Shown here one piece after another: positions 1 to 11,581 of a DNA stretch of 64,000 nt. Position 1 is the stretch's first letter. Every line of letters begins with the position of its first letter. Source of the stretch: Mustelus asterias (taxonomy: Eukaryota). The position numbers and the translations under genes were made by a program. The notes below the pieces were generated by a model, which was not told where the DNA came from, made no database searches, and worked only from the letters and a program-made list of their open reading frames with translations. Where the stretch lies: the NCBI RefSeq assembly GCF_964213995.1, contig NW_027590190.1, positions 248,001 to 312,000 on the forward strand, written 5' to 3'.

Positions 1-130
1 CGGGGCTCCCGAGTCCGCGCACCCGGGCTTGCGCATTGGAACCCGGAGACGATTCTTATTGGCTGATTCAGGCAGGGCTCCATTGTGACGTCAGAATACG
101 GAAGTTGTCCAATGAACTTCAGAGTGAAAC
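1..130 (+). promoter_or_regulatory. CpG-rich promoter module upstream of ZNF gene 1
   Basis: ATTGG (CCAAT) boxes, TGACGTCA (CRE) at 86-93 and CGGAAGT (ETS); closely similar to 23133-23270. Confidence 0.6.
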
Positions 131-699
131 TCCCTCCTCTGTGTACATCAGGGAGGAAATCAATGTTTCCCCCTTTCCATTTCTTTTCTCATTCTGGGGG
201 AAATTGGGGACTTGCAGCAACTGAAGGGAAAGGAAGTGAATCCAGGAAGGCTGCAGACTCTGAAAAGCTTACAGACGAACATCGGAATTAGGAGCAGGAC
301 TAGGCCCAGGTATCTTTTTCTTTCTCTCTCAAAGATATTGACATCCTTTAGCCCCCTCAGTTTGACACATTTATTTATGTGGCTAATAGGATAGCCTCTT
401 ACCCAATGTTCACAATTAAAGGGGGAATTTTCCCAGGAGAAAGCTAACATTTAAATGAACAGAAAATTCGTGTGGGACAGAGATATGTACAATGTAGTTA
501 TATTGCATCTACTACGTTATTTATGATCCCTTATTTCTTGTCTTGAAATATATAGCAATGTGGCTACTTTACTTATTTCCAGTGATGGAGACGTTACAAC
601 ATAGAAGGAATCAGTTTGGCAATTCAGATCCATGCCAACTCTCTGTGGAGCAATTCAGTCAGTCCCATTCCTCTCTATATTCCCATTCCCCTGAGTTTC

Positions 700-900
700 A
701 CATCACAATGGAATGGGTGAGAGTGCCAGATAATCTGGGACTGGGGTGGAGTTGTGCAATGTCACTGAGGAGGAACAAAATGGTCTTGATGATGATGTGG
801 ATATGTGGCTGGAAGCTCATCTTGGGGTGAAATATTTCACCATGATTGTGAACAGCCTGGTTCAGCCTCAGACAGTTGCCAGGAAGACGGAGAGAGTTTT
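700..900 (-). mobile_element. Decayed L2-type LINE remnant, co-duplicated with the ZNF unit (paralog at about 9700-9935)
   Basis: The paralog's plus strand reads HIIIKTVYFHLSTIARLHP, which resembles L2 RT; the two loci are inverted homologs. Confidence 0.5.
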
Positions 901-911
901 TTTTAAAAAAG

Positions 912-1012
912 ATTATTTATTAGTCGCAAGTAAGGCTTACATTAACATTGCAATGAAGTTACTGTGAAATTCCCCTAGTCGCCCCACTCCGACGCCTGTT
1001 CGGGTCAATGCA
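912..1012 (-). mobile_element. Isolated 3' tail of the variant-tail SINE or of its partner LINE
   Basis: Reverse complement matches the tail at 42825-42915 (CACAGTAACTTCATTGCA...AATAAATAA). Confidence 0.55.
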
Positions 1013-1663
1013 CTTTTTTAACCAGCACATCTTTCAGTTGCTGGCGAGGAAGTGGAGTTTGTATTCAGACTGAAGACACTGGGTTCAGTTTTCCCAGTAT
1101 TTATACAAAATAAATTTCTGTTCTTTTAGTACTGCAAGTCAGATAAGTCAGGATGGTGTGTGAGTTGGAGGAACTTGGAGGTGATGGTGTTTATATCCAC
1201 CTGCTACCTTGGTCCTTCTAGATGCTGGAGGTTGAGGGTTTAGGAGATTCTGTCAAAGTTCTTGTCAAGATGCAGATGTATAAATCCCTCTCTTTCACCC
1301 CAGCCACTCCTACTTCTCTCTGTCTCCTCCCACAGTGCCACAGTGGGTCTTGTGTAGACCTAGACTGTGTGGCAGGGTTCCTTCCCTGAAGGACATCAAT
1401 AAACCAGTTGTGTTTTTATGACAATTCAGCAGCTTTCATGGTTACTTTTTCCTCATGCTGACCCCACAAATTACCAGATTTCCAGATTCATTCAGCTCAA
1501 TTTAACAACCCATCTTTGCATTTTTGTGGGTTCTTTTTCACTCTGTTTTCTGTTTTAAATCAATTTCGCACTGTTTTAGAAGAGGGGGATTTGCAGTTGA
1601 GAAACTGAAACCAAACATGACATCAGAACCTGATGGAGTCGGCCAATTTATTGTATTTTGAAC

Positions 1664-2562
1664 ATGGAAGAAAAAAGTGCCATTCACAGTAGAGAGAAAA
1701 TGTACACGTGTTCTTTGTGTGGAGAATCATCTGGCCTTTCGGAACATAGTTGCAGTCACAACAGGAAAATAGCATGTGAGGATTGTGGGAAGGAATTCAA
1801 TTACCCATCCCTGCTGGAAACTCATCGACGCAGTCACACTGGGGAGAGGCCATTCACCTGTTCCCAGTGTGGGAAGGGATTCACTCAGTTATCCAGCTTA
1901 CATATGCACCAGAGGACTCATGCTGAGGAGAGGCCATTCACCTGCTCCCAATGTGGGAAGGGATTCAATCAGTCATCCAACCTCGCAACACACCAGCGAG
2001 TTCACACTGGGGAGAAACCGTTCACCTGCTCTGAATGTGGGAAGGGATTCGCTCACTCATCCACTCTGTTGATACAGCACGAACTCACACTCAGGAGAAG
2101 CCATTCACTTGCTCCCTGTGTGGGAAGGGATTTGCTGACTTAACCAATTTGTTGAAACACCAGCAAGTTCACACTGGGGAGAGGCCATTCACCTGTTCCC
2201 AGTGTGGAAAGGGATTTGTTCAGTCAGCCACTTTGTTCACACACCAGCGAATTCACACTGGGGAAAGGCCATTCACCTGCTCTGTGTGTGGGAAAGGATT
2301 CAGTCGGTTATCAACTCTCCTGACACACCAGCGAGTTTACACTGGGAGAAGTCACTCATCCAACCTAGCAATACACCAGCGAATCCACACAGAGGAGAAG
2401 GCATTCATCTGCTCTGTGTGTGGGAAGAGATTCAATCAATCATCTAAACTAGCAATACATCAGTGGGTTCACAATGTGGAGAGACCATTCACCTGTTTGC
2501 AGTGTGGGAAGGGATATGTTACCTCATTGAATCTTCTGACACACCAACAAACTCACAAGTGA
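1664..2562 (+). pseudogene. C2H2 zinc-finger gene 1, frameshifted near 2078
   Basis: CxxC/HxxxH repeats with HTGERPF linkers, split between ORFs 1658..2143 and 2035..2562; one finger internally deleted near 2350. Confidence 0.85.
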
Positions 2563-2584
2563 CTGTTGTGACTGGATTTCAAAT

Positions 2585-3320
2585 TAGGGAGAAACCGTGA
2601 AAATGTGGAGACTGTGAGGAGAGTTTCAGTTACCCGTCAGAGCTGGAAGCTCATCGAGGATTCTTTGTTGATAGAGGTTTTCTACAAGCTACTCTGAGAC
2701 TTGTCTTCTCTCTGGAAGTTTCAAGGCAGTCTATACTCATTATAGCAAATATATTTATGGTTGCTAACTATTTAAAGTGGGATTTACTTTGATAAGAGGA
2801 ATGTTGCTTATTTGGGACTGAAATTGTGATAAGTTAGAAATTAAAGTTCTTTCCTTTCACTTTTAAATATTATTCAACTGTTAATAGTCAAACTGTTTCA
2901 TTTGTTGGAATTATATTTGAACTTTTATTTAAAAATGTTTATTTTACCATGAAAAATCCCGAATTTGTCAGTGGAATCATTCCTGGAGTGAAGCATCCTA
3001 TCCTCACACTTATGCCAAAATAGAAAAATTGTTGGGGTCTACTCTGATTTCCTAATGTAATTTAGAGGTTCTGGTCCAGGACCCGAACAGAAAGGATTCA
3101 CTCAATCATCCACCCTGCAAACACTCTGGTTTCACACTGGGGAGAGACCTTACAAATGCCCAGACTGCAGGAACTGCTATAAAAGTTGTGGAGAACTGAT
3201 GTCTCATCAGCGTATTCACACTGATGAGAGACATTCAGATGCTTTTACTGTGAGCCTGGGTTCAGGGGATCATCTCAACTCACTGTACACCAGTGAGTTC
3301 ACACTGGGGAGAGACCGGGT
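2585..3320 (+). pseudogene. Decayed ZNF array interrupted by an LTR fragment
   Basis: GEKP*KCGDC at about 2590 and degenerate fingers at 3090-3320 on either side of the LTR. Confidence 0.7.
2665..3089 (+). mobile_element. Partial LTR, same family as 15145-15815
   Basis: Ends CCCGAACA; reverse complement aligns with 15145-15560. Confidence 0.65.
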
Positions 3321-3379
3321 CCCGATGGACTTAATCCTGGGATCTTAAGTGCGGCTATTGAGATAATAGCAAAAGTTTG

Positions 3380-4180
3380 ATAATCTGAAATAAAAACAGA
3401 AAATTGGAAAAATTTGGCCTGGCAGCATCTGTGGAGAGAGAAACAGAGTTAATGTTCGAGTCCGAATGTCTGTTCTTTAGTTGAAGAGGGGTAGAAATGG
3501 TGAGTAAGATAGTGACACTGACATCAACTATCAGTGCAGGATAGAAATTCAGAACAGACAATTCCACTTTCTCGGAACATTCTTTCCTCTCCTTCACCCA
3601 AACATGTGGTTCAATCAAACAAAAAGACCAAAATCGGCAACAAAGTACCAATAGAATCCCCCTCCCCAGGGCCACCTGGGCACAGGCAAGATCACAGAAA
3701 ATCAGTCGGCAGCCAGAGTGACCCCTGCCTCCCCCTTCAGCCCCACCCATCCTGGATCTACAGATTGCTGTTTTAACCAGGGTCTAGAGCAGGTCCAGAA
3801 GATTCTCCCACTCACCCACCCCCTCCACACTACAGCCTTCTGGACTCAACATTCAGTCCAACAGTTTCAGAGAGTAAACTCTCAGCCCGTTCTGTTTCTT
3901 TGTCTTTGATTGTTTCATTTTTCTTTCTTTCAGTCAGCAGCCCCCCTGCTCCAGGCACGGCTTCTGTTTCTTTTCTCGCTCCATCTCCATTCCCTTTGGC
4001 TCTTGGGGATTCACTTTTCTCTCATTCGATCTCTCCTGTCTTCCACCCACCCCTTTCTCCAAACCTGTTACATTTCTAACTTTTCCCAGTTCTGGTGAAA
4101 GGTCACAGACTTGAAATGTTAACTCTGTTTCTCTCTCTGCACAGATGCTGCCTGACATATTGAGTTTTTTTTCCAACACA
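3380..4180. mobile_element. Penelope-type non-autonomous element with inverted termini
   Basis: GGCAGCATCTGTGGAGAGAGAAACAGAGTTAA near 3421 is inverted at about 4118-4152; a degenerate hammerhead-like motif (CTGGTGAAAGG...GAAATG) lies in the right arm. Confidence 0.55.
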
Positions 4181-4184
4181 CCAT

Positions 4185-5545
4185 TTGCCTTTTTTACTGT
4201 CTTTTACACCTGCATGCTTACCTTCAGTGATGAGTGTACGAGGACACCCAGGTCTTGTTGCATATTTCCTCCTCCTACTTTATGACTATTCAGATAGTAA
4301 TCTGTCTTCCCGTTTTTGCTCCCAAAGTGGATGACCTCACATTTATCCAAATTATACTGCATCTGCCAATCATTTGCCCACTCACTCAACTTGTCAAATT
4401 ACACTGAAGGATTGCTGCATCCTCCTCATAGCTCACCCTCCCACCTTGATTTGTGTCATTAGCAAATATGGAGATATTGCCTTTAGTTCCCTCATTTAAA
4501 TCAATAATATATATGTAGTAAATAGCTGGGGTCCCAGCTCTGATCCCTTCAGTACCCTATTAGTCACTTCCTGCCATTTGGAAAAAGACCCATTTATTCC
4601 TACTCTTTGTTTCCTGTCTGCCAACTAGTTTTCTATCCATCTCAACATACTGCCCCAATCCCATGTGCTTTAATTTTACACGTTAATCTTTTTTGACTTT
4701 GTCGGAATTCTTCTGAAAGTCGAAATAAACCACATCCACTGGCTCCCCCTCATCAACTCGACTAGTGATATCCTCAAAGAATTCGAATCGTTTTGTCAAG
4801 CACAATTTCCCTTTCTTAAATCCATGCTGACTCTGTGCGATCCTGCCACTGTTTTTCAAGTGTTTTGCTATAAAATCCTTTAAAATTGATTCTTGAATAT
4901 TCCCCACTAACAGTGTCAGGCTTACTGGTCTATAATTCCTTACTTTCTCCCTCCCCTCCCTTTTTAAATAGTGGGGCTACATTAGCTATCCTCCAACCTG
5001 TAGGAACTGTTCCAGAGTTTATAGAATCTTAGAAGTTGACCACCAATTAATCCACTATTTCTCAGGCATCTTCCTCATGTACTCTGGGATGCAAATGATC
5101 AGGTCCTGAGGATTTATAGGCCTTCAATCCCATCAGTTTCCCCAACACTAATTCTCGACTAATACTGATCTCCATCAGTTCCTTCCTCTCACTAAACCCT
5201 GTGTTCCCCAACATTTTTGTGTCCTCCTTTGTGAAGACAGAACCAAAGTAAGTAGTCAGTTGGTCAGCCATTTCTTTGTTTTCCATTATAAATTCCCCTG
5301 TTTCTGACTGTAAGGGACCTACATTTGTCTTCATCAATCTTTCTCTCTTCATACACCTGTAGAAATTTTTCCAGTCAGTTTTTATGTTCTCTGCAAGCTT
5401 ACTCTCATATTCCATTTTCCTCTTCTTAATCAATCCCTTGGTCCTCTGTTGCTGAATTCTAAACTGCTCCCAATCCTCAGGTCTGTTGTTTTCCTTGGCC
5501 AAATTGTATGTCTCTATCTTGGATCTAATGCTATCTCTAATTTCT
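4185..5545 (-). mobile_element. CR1 LINE fragment, decayed ORF2
   Basis: ORFs 4204..4389, 4683..4907 and 5062..5502 carry QHGF, VDVVYFDFQK and SSGPDHLHPRV motifs. Confidence 0.9.
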
Positions 5546-5559
5546 CAGAATTCTCTGTG

Positions 5560-6393
5560 TTGTGTCTCACTGCAAAATCCCTAAGTTCATCACATGATGA
5601 TATTTTGAGTCAGACCTGAAGCACTCGTTAATTGTTCCCCAGTCATTCCTGGGGTTCATTTGTTTATTAATGCTGTTCCAATCTGTCTTTTGTTGTGATA
5701 TCCAGATCTGCTATAGCTGCTTTCACCCCCTACAAAGCCTGTCAAAGTCTAACCATGTTTCATAACCATCCAGTAGATCATCTATCTTGTCAATCTCATC
5801 ATTGAACCCAAACAGAAGATCCAAACCTTTATCAGTGTCCAACTGACGGACATCCAGCTCACAAAATACTTTGCTTCTGATTTTCCTTTCGCTGGGAAGT
5901 GACAATGCCAAGGCCAGACCTTGGTTCCCCCTTGGTAGGGATGTAACCAGTATCCACATCTCCACTTTCACATGGTTCAGACTCTGAGAGCAGCAGCGGG
6001 TAATCTGACCCTGACAATTCCCACTCACTTTCAGCCATTTCTCACAAAAGCTGCTGGGATTGCAAAACTTCTGTCTGAAAAATATTTCCCTTTAGCTTCC
6101 AATCTCCACCATTAGAAAACATTCCCTCTGACCATGTTACAATCCTGACAGTCTTATGGTGAAAGAAGAAGTTGGAGCCAATCTTTATTTGGTACAGATT
6201 TATTTAGAGTGAAACTTCACAGGTATTTCCCTCCTAACTTCACACTATGTCAGTACATGTCTCTTTATTTGCATTCATAATCATCCAATCAATGCCCTCA
6301 ATTTGTATATACTTAATCTCAAATGATTTGTTATCCCCAAGAGTGGGAGCAGATAATAAGTCTAATCGGAGTGACTGCTGCGATGTCTCAACA
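5560..6393 (-). mobile_element. 5' remnant of a Ty1/Copia LTR retrotransposon, GalEa-like (LTR, PBS, gag)
   Basis: TG...CA LTR at 6393-6135 with AATAAA; PBS-like TGGTCAGAGG at 6134-6125; gag-like EMWILVTSLPRGNQGLALALSLP...DDLLDGYETWLDFD and a decayed knuckle MNPRNDWGTINECFRSDSKYH. Confidence 0.65.
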
Positions 6394-6469
6394 GAGGCTG
6401 AATCATTCAACGAATATGATTAACAGAAAAATCCCATCACAATAGTTACTTGTGAACTCGCTGGTGTGT

Positions 6470-7282
6470 CTACAGAGTGGATGACTGAGTGAATCCCTTC
6501 CCACATGTGGAGCAGATGAAAGGTCTCTCCCCAGTGTGAACTCGCTGGTGTAACCGCAGGTTGGATGAGCGAGCAAAACCTTTCCCACAAACGGAGCAAA
6601 TGAATGGCCTCTCCCCAGTGTGAACTCTCTGGTGTTTCAGCAGATTGGCTGAATGAGCAAATCCCTTCCCACACTGGGAGCAGGTGAACGGTCTCTCCCC
6701 GGTGTGCCCTTCCTTGTGTATTGCTAGGTTGGATGACTGATTGAATCCCTTCCCACATACAGAGCAGGTGTATGGTCTTTCCCCAGTGTGAATGCGCTGG
6801 TGCGTCCGCAATGTGTGAGAGTGAGCAAATCCCTTCCCACACTGGGAGCAGGTGAACGGCCTCTCCCCAGTGTGAACAGTCTGGTGTGTCAGCAAATTTG
6901 ATGACCGACTGAATCCCTTCCCACATTGGGAGCAGTTGAACGGCTTCTCCTCAGTGTGAATTTGCTTGTGCAATGCAAGGTTGGATGACTGAGTGAATCC
7001 CTTCCCACACACAGAGCAGGTGAACGGTCTCTCTCCAGTGTGCATTCGCTGATGTTTCAGCAGATTGGATGAGTGAGCAAATCGCTTCCCGCACTGGGAG
7101 CAGGTGAATGGTCTCTCCCCAGTGTGAATTCGCTGGTGTTTTACTAGGGTGGATGGGTGAGCAAAACCCTTCCCACACTGGGAGCAGGTGAATGGCCTCT
7201 CCCCAGTGTGACTGCGTCGATGAGTTTCCAGCAGGGATGGGTAATCGAATTCCTTCCCACAGTCTCTACATTTCCATGCCAT
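6470..7282 (-). CDS. C2H2 zinc-finger gene 2 (9 complete fingers; 10th cut by a premature TAG)
   Basis: ORF 6470..7411; first in-frame ATG at 7282 (MAWKC); the remainder of the last finger runs to about 6447. Confidence 0.8.
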   Translation of the reverse strand: MAWKCRDCGKEFDYPSLLETHRRSHTGERPFTCSQCGKGFAHPSTLVKHQRIHTGERPFTCSQCGKRFAHSSNLLKHQRMHTGERPFTCSVCGKGFTQSSNLALHKQIHTEEKPFNCSQCGKGFSRSSNLLTHQTVHTGERPFTCSQCGKGFAHSHTLRTHQRIHTGERPYTCSVCGKGFNQSSNLAIHKEGHTGERPFTCSQCGKGFAHSANLLKHQRVHTGERPFICSVCGKGFARSSNLRLHQRVHTGERPFICSTCGKGFTQSSTL

Positions 7283-7641
7283 CTCCCTGTTGTGACTGCA
7301 ATTGTGCTCCGAAAGGCCAGATGATTGGTTGAAGTCTTGTCCACACAGAGAACCTATGTATAGTTTCTCTCCACTGTGAACGGTGCTATTTTTTCCATGT
7401 TCAAAATACAATGATATTCAGGTTACAATAAATTGGCCGATTCCATCAGGTTCTGATATATTGTTTGAATCCTCATCTTCTAAAACCCTGTGAAATTGAT
7501 TAAAACAGAAAGAAGAGAGTAAGGGAACCCACAAAAATACAATGGTTGTGAAATTGAGCTGAATGAATCTGGGGCCAGCACTCGGAAAAAGTGACCATGA
7601 AAGCTGTTGGATTGTCATGAAAAACCCAACTGATTCACTAA

Positions 7642-9373
7642 GATAAAAGCAAAATACTGCGGATGCTGGAATCTGAAACAAAAACAGAAAATGCTGGAGA
7701 AACTCAGCAGGTCTGACAGCATCTGCAGAGAGAGAATAGGGCCAACGTTCTGAGTCTGGAAGACCCATTGTCGACAAGTTATGATCTTTCAAAAGTCACT
7801 GGAGTCAGGGAAAGTCCCAGAGGATTGGAAAATCGCTGTTGTAACCCCACTGTTCAAGAAGGGAACAAGAAAAAAGATGGAAAATTATAGGCCAATTAGC
7901 CTAACCTCAGTTGTTGGCAAAATTCTAGAATCCATCGTTAAGGATGAGATTTCTAAATTCTTGGAAGTGCAGGGTCGGATTAAGACAAGTCAGCATGGAT
8001 TTAGTAAGGGGAGGTCGTGCCTGACAAACCTGTTAGAGTTCTTTGAAGAGATAACAAATAGGTTAGACCAAGGAGAGCCAATGGATGTTATCTATCTTGA
8101 CTTCCAAAAGGCCTTTGACAAGGTGCCTCACGGGAGACTGCTGAGTAAAATAAGGGCCCATGGTATTCGAGGCAAGGTACTAACATGGATTGACGATTGG
8201 CTGTCAGACAGAAGGCAGAGAGTTGGGATAAAAGGTTCTTTCTCAGAATGGCAACCGGTGACAAGTGGTGTCCCGCAGGGTTCAGTGTTGGGGCCACAGC
8301 TGTTCTCTTTATATATTAACGATCTAGATGACGGGACTGGGAGCATTCTGGCCAAGTTTGCCGATGATACAAAGATAGGTGGAGGGGCAGGTAGTATTGA
8401 GGAGGTGGGGAGGCTGCAGAAAGATTTAGACAGTTTAGGAGAGTGGTCCAAGAAGTGGCTGATGAAATTCAACGTGGGCAAGTGCGAGGTCGTACACTTT
8501 GGAAAAAAGAATAGAGGCATGGACTATTTTCTAAACGGTGACAAAATTCATAATGCTAAAGTGCAAAGGGACTTGGGAGTCCTAGTCCAGGATTCTCTAA
8601 AGGTAAACTTGCAGGTTGAGTCCGTAATTAAGAAAGCAAATGTAATGTTGTCATTTATCTCAAGAGGCTTGGAATACAAAAGCAGGGATGTACTTCTGAG
8701 GCTTTATAAAGCACTGGTTAGGCCCCATTTGGAGTACTGTGAGCAATTTTGGGCCCCACACCTCAGGAAGGACATACTGGCACTGGAGCGGGTCCAGCGG
8801 AGATTCACACGGATGATCCCAGGAATGGTAGGCCTGACATACGATGAACGTCTGAGGATCGTGGGATTATGTTCATTGGAGTTTAGGAGGTTGAGGGGAG
8901 ATCTGATAGAAACTTACAAGATAATGAACGGCTTAGATAGGATGGACGTAGGGAAGTTGTTTCCATTAACAGGGGAGACTAGGACGCGGGGGCACAGCCT
9001 TAGAATAAAAGGGAGTCACTTTAGAACAGAGATGAGGAGAAATTTCTTCAGCCAGAGAGTGGTGGGTCTGTGGAATTCATTGCCACAGAGGGCTGTGGAG
9101 GCCGAGACGTTGAGCGTCTTCAAGACAGAAATTGATAAATTCTTGATTTCTCGAGGAATTAAGGGCTATGGGGAGAGAGCGGGTAAATGGAGTTGAAATC
9201 AACCATGATTGAATGGTGGAGTGGACTCGATGGGCCGAATGGCCTTACTTCCGCTCCTATGTCTTATGGTCTTATGGTCTTAAGTGTCATCCAGACTCAA
9301 AACATTGGCTCTATTCTCTCTCCACAGACACTGTCAGACCTGCTGAGTTTCTCCAACATTTTCTGTTTTTGTT
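7642..9373. mobile_element. Penelope-type hairpin element (arms about 7675-7770 and 9286-9373) with a 16-bp TSD
   Basis: Inverted arms of about 90 bp; direct repeat CCAACTGATTCACTAA at 7626-7641 and 9374-9389; empty site in the paralog at about 1390-1430. Confidence 0.75.
7780..9281 (+). mobile_element. Young 5'-truncated CR1 LINE with an uninterrupted RT reading frame (7781..9196)
   Basis: NYRPISLTS, QHGF, YLDFQKAFDKV, GVPQGSVLGP and FADD motifs; (GTCTTATG)n tail; AAGT duplicated at 7776 and 9282. Confidence 0.95.
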
Positions 9374-9934
9374 CCAACTGATTCACTAATGTCCTTCACG
9401 AAAAGAAACTTGTCACCCGGGCTGGGTCTACACAAGACTCTGGGCACTGTGGGAGGAGACAGAGAGAAGTAGGAGAGGCCAGGGGTGAAGGAGAGGGATT
9501 TTATACATCAACAACTCAATGAGAACTTTGACAGAATCTCCCAAACCCTCAACCTCCATCATTAAGAAGGACTAAGATAGCAGGTAGACGTGAACACCAT
9601 CACCTCCAAGTTCCCCTCCAACTCACACACCATCCTGACTTGTCTGATGTCCAGGACTAAGAGAACAGAAATTTCACCCATATAAAGACTGGGAAGTCTG
9701 AACCCATTGTCTTCAGTCCCCACTACAAACTCCACTCCCTCACCAGCAACTCTATCCCTCTTCCTGGGAACTGTCTGAGACTGAACCAGGCTGTTCACAA
9801 TCCTGGTGAAATATTTCACCCCAAGATGAGCTTCCAGCCACATTTCCACATCATCATCAAGACCGTCTACTTCCACCTCAGTACCATCGCCCGACTCCAC
9901 CCCAGTCTCAGCTCATCTGGAACCCTCATCCATT

Positions 9935-10800
9935 CTATTGTGACGTCACACTCTCACCATTGTGACGTCACACTCACTCTCCATTGTGACGCGTAACTGT
10001 CATGAATTCTATTGTGACGTCAGGACTTCACTCCCTGCCGGTCTTCCACACTCAGCCTCAATGGCGGCAGTCAGCCCAGGCCTAACACGACAAGTTGCGG
10101 CTCCATTTGGCACAAACGGGGGGAACCGGGAAGTTCATTTCCGGGGTTTGCCTTTGAACATGTTTAGGATGCTGTTCACCCACCCGCCATGTTCATCGCT
10201 CCCCGCGCGCCGCCCTCTTCCTGGTATTGATCTTGGTTCCGACTTTAAACCGTCCGTCCATCGCCATTACCCGCACTGCGCATGCTTCAGATCCCGCCCC
10301 TCATTCACTCCGATTGGTTGGAGGACCAGCCGCTCCCGCTCGGTCCTCCAGCCCCGCCCCCTCTTCCTATTGGTCCGGAGCTGCCGTCAATCAGTGCCCG
10401 GGCATTGTGATGTGGAGCATGCGCAGTGTCATTGCTGTCCTTGGCGCTTGTTTGTCCCGGAGAAGCGGAGTCAGCGTTAGGCGGTGGCTGGGAGGATCTG
10501 GAAACACTTTGTGGATCCGCAAACCCTTCAGAATCATTGTCAGCTCCCTGGTTTGCAGCTGCGGGGCTTCTCCCTCCCTCCCTCCCGGGAACAGGCCCAG
10601 GTTAACGGCCCCATCCTGGCTCAGCCACTGGAGGATGGTTCACATCAGAGGATGGGGGAGGGGGACAATAAATAAGAGGTTACACTTTGGCCTCAATTCA
10701 ATGAGGACTCTGATCTCTGGGAAGGAAGGAAACCCTGGGAGGTTGGCGGGGAGGATTCACAAACACCCGCTGGAGGCCCCAACATCCCCAATAAGACCCA
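9935..10800. promoter_or_regulatory. CpG island, candidate bidirectional promoter for ZNF genes 2 and 3
   Basis: Three TGACGTCA sites, NRF1-like TGCGCATG motifs, GC boxes, CCAAT boxes and YY1-like ATGGCGGC; 10340-10800 is an inverted homolog of 45750-46300. Confidence 0.7.
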
Positions 10801-10848
10801 TTGGTTTTATTGTCAGTCTGCAGACAGGAGCTGGAGAACTGAACCCAT

Positions 10849-10990
10849 GATGTGGAGATGCCAGCATTGGACTGGGGTAAACACAGTAAGAGTTTTAACA
10901 ACACCAGGTTAAAGTCCAACAGGTTTATTTGGCAGCAAATGCGATTAGCTTTTGGAGCGCTGCTCCTTTGTCAGATGGAGTGGATATCTG
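10849..10990 (-). mobile_element. Penelope 3' terminal (pLTR) fragment
   Basis: Matches 36586-36680; carries a hammerhead-like motif at 10947-10974. Confidence 0.75.
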
Positions 10991-11581
10991 CACCCAGACA
11001 GAGGAGAGGGAGGGAGAAAACTGGGAGTGGAGGAAAGAAATGGTGGAGATGGTGAGATGGGTTTGGATTTCAGCCCAGGGAGGAGGGAGAGTGTGTGGGA
11101 CGGGGATTTACAGATTTGGGGGAACAAAAGAGGAAAAAATGTTCCAGAAAAACTAGAATTATCTTTTCAGAACTTCTAATCCAGACTTAGTTATAATTTT
11201 CCTAAATTTCTTTTGCAGGGTGTTAGAAGGGGAGAATTTGCAGATAAAAAGTACAAAAGCAAACATCACATCAAGATTTAACAGAATCACCCGATTCGTC
11301 AGGATTTGAATATCATCAACCGTACACTGTGGAAGGAGGAGAATGTCTGTTCTGTCTGTGGGAAAAGATTTCAAACATCACTGTGACTGGAAAAGCACCG
11401 AGACACACACACCCGAATGAGAGTGTTCCAGTGAACTGACTGTGGAAAGAGCTTCAACCAGTTACACAGCCTGATAAAACATCACACCATCCACAGCGAG
11501 GAGAAACTGTACATGTGTTCTGTGTGTGGATGAAGCTTCAACTGATCGTGCAACCTGGAGAGACACAAGGACACCAGCACC

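Noticed and set aside
8088-8520. Antisense and off-frame ORFs over CR1, Penelope, SINE and CpG island sequence
   Set aside because: These are shadows of repeats or of GC-rich, stop-poor DNA, with no independent protein motifs
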